A stretch of 64,000 nucleotides of DNA, taken from assembly GCA_046075565.1 (NCBI GenBank), contig JBJTQJ010000040.1, positions 1-64,000 on the forward strand, in the 5' to 3' direction. The DNA comes from Verrucomicrobiales bacterium. GTDB lineage: Bacteria; Verrucomicrobiota; Verrucomicrobiia; Verrucomicrobiales; SLCJ01. The position numbers were made by a program, and so were the translations under genes. Positions 17,343 through 26,583 of the stretch are shown here, piece after piece (positions within the stretch are counted from its first letter, which is position 1; every line of letters begins with the position of its first letter). Below the pieces are notes generated by a model that worked only from the letters and a program-made list of their open reading frames with translations, had not been told where the DNA came from and ran no database searches.

Positions 17343-18827
17343 TCAGCTTTCAAGACCGATGCTCGTCTTGAATCGGCCATAAGCCTCTTCCCACGGGGCG
17401 GGGTCGCAGGGGCTGAAGGTTCGGATATCCAGGGACCTGCGGATCAACTCGCGTCCTGCCGCGATATCCGGAAGATGACCGGTGGCAACCATCTGGGTGA
17501 TGATGTTTCCGCACGACGTGGCTTCCACCGGACCCGCGAGCACCTCGATCCCGAGCGCATTGGCGGTCGCTTGCGTGAGCATCGAATTCTGAATGCCGCC
17601 CCCGCCCATGTGGACTCGGGAAAATTCGCGCCCGGTCAGGCGGCGGAGTTTGTCGAGAACGAAGCGGTATTTCAGTGCGAGTGACTCCGTGGCGATGCGC
17701 AGGATGGTGCCTTTCTTCTTCGGAACGTGCTGGCCGGTGCGTTTGCAAAAATCCTGGATCTTCGCGGGCATTTCGCCGGGCGTGGCGAACGAGGGATCAT
17801 CCGGATCGATGAAGGCTTTGAAGGGATCGGCTTCCTCGGCCAGGGCCGCGAGCGCGGCGTAATCCAAATCCTCGCCATCGAGAGCCCATTGGCGGCGGCA
17901 TTCCTGGATGAGCCAGAGGCCGGAGATGTTTTTCAGGAAACGCACCGTGCCTTCGACACCGAGTTCATTGCCAAACCCCGCGAGTCGCGCTTCTTCGGTT
18001 AGGACGGGCGCGTCGAGTTCGACCCCCATGATGGACCATGTGCCGGAGCTGATCCAGAGATGGCCTTTTTCCGTTGCCGGGATACCCGCGACCGCGGCGG
18101 CCGTATCATGGCTTGCCGTGGCCACGACTTGGATGTTCTCGCGACCAACCATGCGCGCGACTTCGGATCGCAATTCACCGAGCACCGTCCCCGGAGATAC
18201 GACCTTGCCGAAAATTTTGCGCGGCAACCCGAGTCCCGAGATGACAACATCCGACCAATCGCCCACGCGGGGATCCAGCAACTGGCTGGTGCTGGCGATG
18301 GTCCGTTCGTTCGCCATCTTTCCGCTCAACCAGTAGGAGAGGAGATCGGGGATGAAGAGCAAATGTTCGGCATTCGCCAAGGCGACGCCGCCAGCAACCT
18401 CCTCCGCGAGCAGATGACCGCTCGTGTTATAAAAGGCGGGCATGATGCCGGTCTCGGCGTAGATCCTCGCTTGCCCGATGCGTTTCTCCGCTTCTTCGAC
18501 CATGCCCTGCGAGCGCGGGTCGCGGTATTGGTTCGGCAGACCGAGAAGACGTCCGCTCCCGTCAAGCAGGCCGTGATCGCAGCCCCAGGTATCAATACCC
18601 ACCGAGACCACCCGCTCGCCGTAGAGTTCAACCGCCTTGCGAATCCCTTCGAGAATCTCGCGATAAAGACCGAGCACATTCCAGAACGAACCGCCCGGCA
18701 AATCCGTGCCCGGATTGTCGAACCGGCGCATTTCTTCCAGATAGAGTTTTTCGAGGTCGGTTTTGCCGATAAGAACACGTCCGGAGCCGGCTCCGAGATC
18801 CACCGCGATGAAGACTTTTTTGGGCAT
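17343..18827 (-). CDS. rhaB: Rhamnulokinase (FGGY family)
   Basis: AVDLGAGSGR, GIDTWGCD, YRDPR, SHDTA.AV, ISSGTWS.MG, LKNISGLWLIQECRR.W, GPVEAT..GN. Confidence 0.88.
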   Translation of the reverse strand: MPKKVFIAVDLGAGSGRVLIGKTDLEKLYLEEMRRFDNPGTDLPGGSFWNVLGLYREILEGIRKAVELYGERVVSVGIDTWGCDHGLLDGSGRLLGLPNQYRDPRSQGMVEEAEKRIGQARIYAETGIMPAFYNTSGHLLAEEVAGGVALANAEHLLFIPDLLSYWLSGKMANERTIASTSQLLDPRVGDWSDVVISGLGLPRKIFGKVVSPGTVLGELRSEVARMVGRENIQVVATASHDTAAAVAGIPATEKGHLWISSGTWSIMGVELDAPVLTEEARLAGFGNELGVEGTVRFLKNISGLWLIQECRRQWALDGEDLDYAALAALAEEADPFKAFIDPDDPSFATPGEMPAKIQDFCKRTGQHVPKKKGTILRIATESLALKYRFVLDKLRRLTGREFSRVHMGGGGIQNSMLTQATANALGIEVLAGPVEATSCGNIITQMVATGHLPDIAAGRELIRRSLDIRTFSPCDPAPWEEAYGRFKTSIGLES

Positions 18828-18963
18828 GGGTATGGGGAATACGTAAGCTATTTCATCGCGCCGGATTCCCGTCCGCGCAAGAGCGGATATCACCGCCCGT
18901 TGGCCCACCCGCCAAGTGCATTTCATGCTTGGCGGGAGGCCCGCCCGCCGCCATTATGTCCGA

Positions 18964-21141
18964 ATGAGCGGGCGCGGCGTCGAATCACTCCGCGGCGAAG
19001 TCGAACGGGTCACGTTTTTCAGCGAGGACTCCGGCTTCGCCGTGCTGAAGGTGCACGTCGCCGGCAAACGCGAGCCGGTGACCGTGACCGGACGCGCCGC
19101 CACCGTGCAGGCCGGAGAAGAAATCCACGCCACCGGCCAATGGGTGGAAGACCGCACGTTCGGGCGGCAGTTCAAAGCAGATCACCTCTCCCTCTCCTCT
19201 CCCGAGTCTCCCGCGGGCTTGGTCCGGTTCCTCGGCAGCGGCTTGATCAACGGGGTTGGTCCCGTGCTCGCCGAGCGCATCGTTTCCAAATTCGGCACCG
19301 AAGTCATTTCCGTGCTTGACCACGCCTCGAAGCGGCTTGAGGAAGTTGAGGGCGTCGGAGCCAAGAAGCGCCGAGAAATCAAAAGTTCCTGGGATCAACA
19401 GCGCGCCATACGCGAGATCATGGTTTTCCTCCACGGGCACGGGATCTCGACTTCACGCGCCCTGCGCATCCATAAAACCTATGGCGACGAGGCACGCGCC
19501 GTGCTCGAAAAAAATCCCTACCAACTGGCGGAAGATATTTTCGGTATCGGTTTCAAGACGGCCGACGACCTCGCCGCCAAACTCGGACTCCCGCCCGACG
19601 CCCCGACCCGCCGCGAGGCGGCCCTGCTCCACGTCCTGCGCACGGCCAAGGAAGAAGGACACTCCGCCCTGCCCCGTGCCGATGTTCTGGAACGCGCCGC
19701 CGCCCTGCTCGATCAGGAACCCGGCGAACTCGCGGCCGTGCTGCCGGATCTCATCGCCCGAAGCTGCATTTATCCGGAGACGATGGACGATGTTGATTTG
19801 TTATTCACCCCCGCGCTCCGCCACGCCGAATGTTCGATTGTCCGATCACTCAAATCCCGGCGGGCCAGCCAGCCTGTTATCGAAGACGGAAAAATGGAGG
19901 CAGCCATCGACGCCGCGGCAGCCAAAGCCCGCATCGATCTGTCCCGCGGCCAACGGGTCGCCGTGCGGCTCGCTCTCGTCGAACAGTCCGCCATCATCAC
20001 CGGTGGACCCGGTGTCGGCAAGACAACCGTGCTGCGGACTGTTCTGGGCGTTCTCGATTCATTGCATCTGCATTCCGTGCTCGCCGCGCCAACCGGGCGC
20101 GCCGCACGCCGGCTCTCGGAAAGCGGAGGACGTGAAGCCTCGACGCTGCACCGTCTGCTGCAGTATCAACCGGCCACGGGATTCAACCGCAACCGCCGCC
20201 AACCCTTGGAAGGTGATGTCTTCATCATCGACGAGGTTTCCATGGTGGACCTGCCGCTCATGGCGGGTTTCCTCGACGCGCTTCCGCCGAAAACAAGGCT
20301 GCTGCTCGTAGGCGATGCCGATCAGTTGCCCTCCGTCGGTCCGGGAAATGTGCTCGCAGACCTGCTCTCAACCGAAGTGCTGCCCGTCGCCCGATTGACC
20401 GAGATTTTCCGCCAAGCCGCCGAAAGCAGGATTATCGCGGCCGCCCATGCCATCAACCACGGGGAGTTGCCCGACCTCACCCCGGCCAAAGGTAGTGACT
20501 GCTTTTTCCTCGCCCGACCGGATGCGGAGACGACCCTCGACACCATTCTCCATCTCACCAAGGAGCGGCTTCCTTCCGGCCTCGGGGTGGATCCCATCCG
20601 GGACGTGCAGATTCTCACGCCGATGAACAGGGGATTGTTAGGAACTACCGAGCTGAACAAACGCCTCCAGCAGGCCCTGAATCCTTCGGATGAGTTCAAA
20701 CCCGAGATCGAACGTTTCGGAATCATTTTCCGGCGCGGCGACAAGGTGATCCAGCTCCGCAACAACTATGACAAGGAAATCTCCAATGGAGACATCGGGC
20801 GCGTGGTCGGCATCGATCTGGAACCAACCCGTGTGTGGATTCGTTTCGATGACGGAAAGGTGGTCGATTACGACCCCGGCGAACTGGATGAAGTGCGCCA
20901 TGCCTATGCGGTGACCATTCACAAGAGCCAGGGTTCGGAATTTCCCGTGGTGGTAATTCCCCTTGTCGCAGCTCATTTCATGCTCCTGCAACGCAACCTT
21001 CTCTACACCGGCCTGACAAGAGGGAAAAAGCAGGTTGTCCTCGTCGGCGAGGAACGCGCGCTGCGGATGGCCGTGCAGCGCGCCGAAGCCATCAAACGCT
21101 GGGGAGGGCTCGCCCACCGGCTGCGCGCCATCGAGTCATGA
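18964..21141 (+). CDS. recD2: ATP-dependent RecD2-type DNA helicase
   Basis: GIGFKTAD, GGPGVGKTT, APTGRAA, DEVSM, GDADQLPSVG, AYAVTIHKSQGSEF, RNLLYTGLTR. Confidence 0.95.
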   Translation: MSGRGVESLRGEVERVTFFSEDSGFAVLKVHVAGKREPVTVTGRAATVQAGEEIHATGQWVEDRTFGRQFKADHLSLSSPESPAGLVRFLGSGLINGVGPVLAERIVSKFGTEVISVLDHASKRLEEVEGVGAKKRREIKSSWDQQRAIREIMVFLHGHGISTSRALRIHKTYGDEARAVLEKNPYQLAEDIFGIGFKTADDLAAKLGLPPDAPTRREAALLHVLRTAKEEGHSALPRADVLERAAALLDQEPGELAAVLPDLIARSCIYPETMDDVDLLFTPALRHAECSIVRSLKSRRASQPVIEDGKMEAAIDAAAAKARIDLSRGQRVAVRLALVEQSAIITGGPGVGKTTVLRTVLGVLDSLHLHSVLAAPTGRAARRLSESGGREASTLHRLLQYQPATGFNRNRRQPLEGDVFIIDEVSMVDLPLMAGFLDALPPKTRLLLVGDADQLPSVGPGNVLADLLSTEVLPVARLTEIFRQAAESRIIAAAHAINHGELPDLTPAKGSDCFFLARPDAETTLDTILHLTKERLPSGLGVDPIRDVQILTPMNRGLLGTTELNKRLQQALNPSDEFKPEIERFGIIFRRGDKVIQLRNNYDKEISNGDIGRVVGIDLEPTRVWIRFDDGKVVDYDPGELDEVRHAYAVTIHKSQGSEFPVVVIPLVAAHFMLLQRNLLYTGLTRGKKQVVLVGEERALRMAVQRAEAIKRWGGLAHRLRAIES

Positions 21142-21854
21142 AACCGCACGTCGTCATTCTAACAGGAGCGGGCATTTCCGCGGAAAGCGGTTTGCCGACC
21201 TTCCGCGACGCCAACGGCGTATGGGAAGGGCATCGCTTCGAGGATGTCGCGACCCCGGAAGCTTTCCAACGGGATCCGGAACTCGTGCATCGTTTCTACA
21301 ATCTCCGGCGTGCGGCCGCCATCCGCGTCGCGCCGAATGCGGCCCACGCGGCCATTGCACGGCTTGAAGCCGCCTTGCCCGAACATTGCCTCCTTGTCAC
21401 ACAAAACATCGATGGCCTCCACCAGCGCGCTGGATCTCAGCCACTATGTATGCACGGCGAAATCGCGAAGGCTCGCTGCGCATCCTGTGGCGAAATCAGC
21501 GAGTGCCCTGGCGATCTAGACACGGCATCCGTCTGCCAAGCCTGCAGCGCGACCGGTTCACTCCGTCCCCATGTCGTCTGGTTTGGAGAAATGCCACTGT
21601 TTCTCGATGAGATTAGCGAAGCCCTCGCCCGGTGCGACTACTTCCTTTCCATCGGGACATCCGGCCACGTTTATCCGGCCGCAGGATTTGCCCGCATGGC
21701 CAATCAGAGCGGAGCCCGGTGCATCGAGTTCAATGTCGCCGAAACCATGACTTCGCGCGATTTCCACGAACACATCACCGGGCCGGCCACCGAGACCGTT
21801 CCTCTGTGGATCAGCGAATTCGCCCGCGGGCATGGGATCGAAATCTCATCCTAA
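21138..21854 (+). CDS. cobB: NAD-dependent protein deacylase (sirtuin, class III-like)
   Basis: GAGISAESG.PTFR, FYNLRR, TQNIDGLH, HG, Cys4 zinc site, RPHVVWFGE, GTSG.VYPAA. Confidence 0.95.
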   Translation: MKPHVVILTGAGISAESGLPTFRDANGVWEGHRFEDVATPEAFQRDPELVHRFYNLRRAAAIRVAPNAAHAAIARLEAALPEHCLLVTQNIDGLHQRAGSQPLCMHGEIAKARCASCGEISECPGDLDTASVCQACSATGSLRPHVVWFGEMPLFLDEISEALARCDYFLSIGTSGHVYPAAGFARMANQSGARCIEFNVAETMTSRDFHEHITGPATETVPLWISEFARGHGIEISS

Positions 21855-23246
21855 GTCCACGGTTTCTCCGTGGTCCGGCAACCAGGCCTCGATGCCATGG
21901 CGGGCCTCGATGGCCGCCTTCAGCGCATTGCGCTGGCGTTCTTCACCGTGATTGAGGAAAACCGCCGGCTTGGCCCCCGCCACACAATCGAACCAGCGCA
22001 ACAAATCCGTCTGTCCGGCATGGGCACTGAATCCGTTCAAGGTATGGATGGTCGCCTTGACCGCGATCGTTTCGCCGAACACGCGAACTTCCTTCCTGCC
22101 ATCGACCAGCAATCTGCCGAGGGTTCCTTCCGCCTGGTAACCGACAATCAGCACATGCGTGTCCGCCCGCCACAGTCCATGGCGCAAATGATGGAGAATT
22201 CTTCCCGCATTCGCCATTCCTGAGCCTGCCATGATCAGGCAGGGCCCCGCCAGATCGTTGAGGGCACGCGAGTCATCCACCGACTCGGTTTCTTGTGCAT
22301 GGCGGCGTAAGAGATCACGGTGCAAACTCGAAGCTCCGGCCTGTCGTGCCTCCTCGTCGAACAACTCCGGGTGCTTCTCGTAAATTCGGTTTGCACCGGA
22401 AGCCATCGGACTATCCACAATAACCGGGAAGGGATCGACCTGACCTTTGGCGAACAAGTCCATGAGATGGAAGATCATCTGCTGGGTGCGTCCCACCGCA
22501 AACGCCGGAACAAGCACCCGGCCACGCGTGCGGGTTACTTCTCTCAGAATATCGCGTAGTTCTTCGACGGTTTTCTCCAGCGAGCGGTGATCGCGATCGC
22601 CGTAAGTGGACTCCATGATTACAGCGTCGGCCTGCTCGAAACATTGGGCATCTTTCAAAATGGGCAGCCCCCTCGGTCCAATATCTCCCGAAAAGACCAC
22701 GGTCTTGGTTTTGCCATGTTCGTCAACACGCAATGAGATGCTGGCCGATCCCAACATGTGTCCCGCCTCATGATATTCGGCTTCAATCCCGGGTGCTACC
22801 TTTTCAGGTGCATTATAGGCGACCGGCCGGAAAAGGCGCATTGTTTCTTCCACTTCTTCCGCTGTGAACAAAGGTTCGATTGGCGGCAATCCCGCCCGCA
22901 ATCGTTTATTGTTCTCCCGTTCGGTGTCGTGCGCCTGGACCTTTGCCGCATCCCGGAGAATCAGTCCCGTCATCTCGATGGTAGCCGGTGTGGCCCGGAT
23001 TTTTCCACGGAACCCTCCTTTAACCAACAAGGGCAGGCGTCCGCAGTGATCCAGATGTCCATGGGTCAATACAACCGCATCGATTTGCGCCGGGCGGATC
23101 GGTGTGCCGATCCGGTTTCTCGCCTCGATCTTCTTGCCGCCCTGGAATTGGCCGAAGTCCACCAGTATTCGTGCGCCCTTTGTTTCAACCAGCGAACAGG
23201 ATCCGGTGACAACACCACCGACAGCACCAAGGAACGTGATTTTCAT
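21846..23246 (-). CDS. MBL-fold beta-CASP ribonuclease
   Basis: VTGS, THGHLDHCG, AGHMLGS, FSGDIG, MESTYGDR, PAFAVGRTQ, FSAHA, HGE. Confidence 0.93.
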   Translation of the reverse strand: MKITFLGAVGGVVTGSCSLVETKGARILVDFGQFQGGKKIEARNRIGTPIRPAQIDAVVLTHGHLDHCGRLPLLVKGGFRGKIRATPATIEMTGLILRDAAKVQAHDTERENNKRLRAGLPPIEPLFTAEEVEETMRLFRPVAYNAPEKVAPGIEAEYHEAGHMLGSASISLRVDEHGKTKTVVFSGDIGPRGLPILKDAQCFEQADAVIMESTYGDRDHRSLEKTVEELRDILREVTRTRGRVLVPAFAVGRTQQMIFHLMDLFAKGQVDPFPVIVDSPMASGANRIYEKHPELFDEEARQAGASSLHRDLLRRHAQETESVDDSRALNDLAGPCLIMAGSGMANAGRILHHLRHGLWRADTHVLIVGYQAEGTLGRLLVDGRKEVRVFGETIAVKATIHTLNGFSAHAGQTDLLRWFDCVAGAKPAVFLNHGEERQRNALKAAIEARHGIEAWLPDHGETVDLG

Positions 23247-23318
23247 AAGAGAGATGGGAAGACCGGCAACTGGTCGTCCGGCCAATCTCGCTTTACGCGT
23301 TTTTTCTACCAACCGCAA

Positions 23319-24098
23319 TCAGAATTCGGCGGACGAATCCGTCCGGCGACGCCAAACCGTCACCGCCGACACCGACCACTGGAATTTTCTAGCGTGCTCC
23401 CGAATGAGAAACGGTTCATCCCGGTATTCGATTTCCTCAAAATCGTCCCTGAACAATTGGCGCAACCGGTCGACCGTTCGCGTGGAAATGCCCTTCTCCA
23501 CGCGCCCTCCCAACCAATTTGCTTCCGGGGTGTATTGCTCGAGCCACGAACAAGGTGTTGCCAAGACCAGTAGACCTCCCGGCCGAACGAGTTTGGGGAG
23601 ACGATGAATCAACTTCATCGGTTCCGGCAGCCTGCACAACAGGTTTGCCGCATGAACGAGGTCGAATCCGCCAAGACCAGTGGGCAGGTCCGTGGCATCA
23701 GCCTGTTCAAAAATCACCCGACCAAGGTTTGCAAGATCCAATGGTCCTGCCACCTGGGAAACGCTGATGCCGCCCTCATCGATCCGGTCATATGCAATGC
23801 CCCCTCCGTTCGCCAAAATGGCTGCCGCTTCAATAAAGCGATGGGAGTAATCCATGCCGACAACTTCTTCGAATTTCTCCGCAAGCACGAAGGAGGACCC
23901 GCCCACAGCACATCCAAGATCCAATGCGCGACCAGAAATCCCGTCGCTTGAGAAATGTCTGATGCCCGCCATGGCAGTTCGGCGCGTAAACCCAAGTGCC
24001 TCACGCGGACCAAACGACCAAGGAAGGATACTCTCAGGATCCCCGTAATGGAAAAGCAGATACTCCGCCAAGTAGCGGTCAGACTCGTAGGGATTCAT
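23319..24098 (-). CDS. Stand-alone SAM methyltransferase of the OvoA C-terminal type (putative mercaptohistidine N-methyltransferase)
   Basis: NPYESD...EY..FHYG, ALDLGCAVG.SSF.LA, NLLCRL..P, W.EQYTP..NWLGG, IREHARKFQ. Confidence 0.8.
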   Translation of the reverse strand: MNPYESDRYLAEYLLFHYGDPESILPWSFGPREALGFTRRTAMAGIRHFSSDGISGRALDLGCAVGGSSFVLAEKFEEVVGMDYSHRFIEAAAILANGGGIAYDRIDEGGISVSQVAGPLDLANLGRVIFEQADATDLPTGLGGFDLVHAANLLCRLPEPMKLIHRLPKLVRPGGLLVLATPCSWLEQYTPEANWLGGRVEKGISTRTVDRLRQLFRDDFEEIEYRDEPFLIREHARKFQWSVSAVTVWRRRTDSSAEF

Positions 24099-24149
24099 CG
24101 AAGAAGAACGATGGCCTAATGTGGCTTTATCGAGGACGGGACACCGCCT

Positions 24150-25340
24150 TCAACGCACTGACCGCAACGCGTTCAGAATGTATTCACTGGCGCGGAAGTT
24201 CTCGATGATGATTTCCTCGGTTCCGTCTCTCTTCATCCTGACTTGTCGGATATTAAAGTTAGGAGTCTTGTGCGGGGCGAAGAGGATGTCGTCATGGGTG
24301 GCATTCTCGTGTTTCTTGAACATCTCTGGAATGATGTCTCCTCCGAGATGGTCATCGCGACCTGTCGCAAGATGGCAAGTGCCAAGCACCTTTTCATCTT
24401 GGATGTCAGCGCCCGAAACTGGCAGCACTTGAGTGCCGAAGCCAAGCTCACCGAGTGTGCCGGTCATTGGATCTTCAGCCAGCCGGCGGTTGTGCGCATC
24501 AATGGTTTCCTGGTTTCCAGAAATAAGCGTAGACTTCATGATGCATCGATCATGCACATCGAGCACACCGAGCGTTCCGTCTTCATATTTCATGGGGAAT
24601 TCTCCCCGAGCGTCCGTGGGAACGAAATAAATCTCTCCGGCTGGCAGATTCGCGATATCAGGTTGTAGTCCAACACACAATCCGTGGCTTTTCTGCGCTT
24701 CCTGACCATCCAAGCCGAGCCAAGCAGTGAGGATTCGACCGTCCTCCAGTTCGAAGTCGATTTCAATGGCCTCCGCCCGAGTCATCGCCAAACGCATGGC
24801 CTCGGCATCTCGGCTTACATCTCGATAGTCAACAGCGAGACCGGAATTCAGAATAATGTCGTTCAATCCGTGGAGTGTGGCGCCGCGGAACCCATACACC
24901 TTGGCCTTTGCCGTAAGCGGAGCTGTAGCGGAATAAGTCGAAACGCACAAGATGATATCGTAATGCGGATAAATGTCCTGCTCGAGGCTGAGTTGGTTGC
25001 CAGCCTCATCCCAGCACTCGTCATCGAGATCGAGATTGCTGCCGCTTGTAATCTTGTAAGCAAACATTTCACCGCCGCTCATGCCGAGCTCGCGCATGGT
25101 TCCATCGCGCAATCCAAGGTAGAACACCTCGTGGGCTTTCTTTTGAACCGCATGCCCCTCGCTTTGGAGATAGGCGTGATCTCTCATCATCACAGCCGGA
25201 TCCTTGAAGTCCGTCAGGATGCAAACACGACACTCATGGGTCGGTTCAAACACCGTCCCTAGAAGGCGACGAAGACTGAATTGCGGGAACTTCCTCAGGC
25301 TGGGGTCGAGGAGGATTTCTGGATCGAGGAGGTGAGGCAT
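24150..25340 (-). CDS. Peptidase M29-like (aminopeptidase T-like) metalloprotein; its ATG is in frame with the upstream transposase
   Basis: ANLPAGE, GELGFG, DEKVLGTCHLATG and H.D metal-ligand motifs. Confidence 0.72.
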   Translation of the reverse strand: MPHLLDPEILLDPSLRKFPQFSLRRLLGTVFEPTHECRVCILTDFKDPAVMMRDHAYLQSEGHAVQKKAHEVFYLGLRDGTMRELGMSGGEMFAYKITSGSNLDLDDECWDEAGNQLSLEQDIYPHYDIILCVSTYSATAPLTAKAKVYGFRGATLHGLNDIILNSGLAVDYRDVSRDAEAMRLAMTRAEAIEIDFELEDGRILTAWLGLDGQEAQKSHGLCVGLQPDIANLPAGEIYFVPTDARGEFPMKYEDGTLGVLDVHDRCIMKSTLISGNQETIDAHNRRLAEDPMTGTLGELGFGTQVLPVSGADIQDEKVLGTCHLATGRDDHLGGDIIPEMFKKHENATHDDILFAPHKTPNFNIRQVRMKRDGTEEIIIENFRASEYILNALRSVR

Positions 25341-26435
25341 GGTCGCTGGGCTATTGGTTAATGATTCGTAATTTTCCTTACGAGCCGGTGTCCCCAGCGG
25401 ATCGAATATTTTCTTGACCCGGTTGCCCGCTGGCATGCTGCCCCGGACATCCATCCGAAGAACACCCGATCCCTCCCCCTCAAGCACCTTTCTTGGTTTC
25501 CCCCGGCGGTAAGTGCCGAAGTGCTCCGCATGTTGCCGGGCCACATCCTCCAACCATGGTTCATCACCCATGGCCATCCCTTCAGAAAAGGCTCGCTGAC
25601 GACGCAGGCCCCGCTGCCCGCCTTTGGGTATTTCTGCACCATCTGATGCCAACTGACGAAGAGAATGCTCTAATAGGGCTACATAGCGGGCAACAGCATC
25701 AATCCCGTCAACCTCACCATTGGCGGCAAGTTGATGCAAGCGGCAAAGGCCCTTCCTCGCTTCCCTATCGCCTCGGGTAGCTGCGGCCAATCCGCACCAA
25801 CGATACTCCCGGGGATGGTTAGCCAGACCGGCACGAACGGGATTTAGATCGATATACAAGGCCATGCATTGAAGGGCCGGTCCATTCTGCACGAGCACAT
25901 TACGGAACCTCTCCATCCAAATGGTGCCTTGACGGTTCCTTCGCCGATTCAGCCATCGGCTGTATCGTTCCTTAACCTCCTTGGCCCAGACGCTCACATC
26001 GCACATGCGGCGTTTTATGGAGTCGATGATCTTGGCTGCTTCGTCGGCCTGTCCCCCTTGACGGGCCTCGTCCACCCGGCGGCGGAGACGAAACAACGAA
26101 TCGCCTTGGTAAAAAGTTGCCAGATGCTTCCAAAAGGCCACTTCTCCTTGCGGGCCTTCAAAACGGGCTAGCCATCCGGATTTTTCGGGGATTTCGAGCA
26201 GGGCATGGAAATGATTTCCCATGACGGCGTGAGTGAGAAGGCGAATGCCGAGGAAATCAGCCATCTTCTTCAACAGGCGGTCTAGCGCCTCTTTCTCCAC
26301 GTCGTCCCAGAATTTCAGCCCTTCGACCATGCGACTCATCACATGCTGGCATGCGGAATCGGCACCGGCCAGTGCCAAGATCCGCCGTCGGGCGCCCGTC
26401 CCCCGTCGAAACCCCGGCGGAGGGCAACTATCCAT
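25341..26435 (-). mobile_element. Long-form HUH/Y1 transposase-like protein lacking its own stop codon (part of the 775-aa ORF 24150-26477)
   Basis: HVMSR, VMGNHFH (HUH), W.NRR..R.GT.W.ERF, YIDLNPVRAG, YRWCG. Confidence 0.85.
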
Positions 26436-26482
26436 CCGCGTCTTTGCATCCACCAGCCCAAGGGAAGGATCAAACATCCGGT

Positions 26483-26533
26483 ATTCTCACCAAATCCTCC
26501 GAAAATGTCAATTGTAATATGTCTGACATATTT
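26483..26533 (-). promoter_or_regulatory. Sigma70-like promoter for the transposase plus an adjacent palindrome
   Basis: Minus-strand TTGACA-N17-GAGAAT; palindrome AATATGTC-T-GACATATT just upstream of the -35. Confidence 0.55.
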
Positions 26534-26549
26534 ACTTAGTTGCGAAATG

Positions 26550-26575
26550 AGCGGCTCCCCGGGTGGGGAGCCGCT
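26550..26575 (-). terminator. Hairpin downstream of the beta-barrel gene (possible terminator)
   Basis: AGCGGCTCCCC-GGGT-GGGGAGCCGCT perfect 11-bp stem; weak U-tract. Confidence 0.5.
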
Positions 26576-26583
26576 GGGTTGGG

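Noticed and set aside
17189-17380. 63-aa ORF downstream of rhaB
   Set aside because: No recognisable motif, overlaps the rhaB end; cannot be supported beyond being open.
18964-21854. RecD2 plus sirtuin as an anti-phage (Sir2/helicase) defence system
   Set aside because: The sirtuin is a canonical zinc-binding CobB deacylase and RecD2 is the housekeeping type; the ATGA overlap alone is insufficient evidence.
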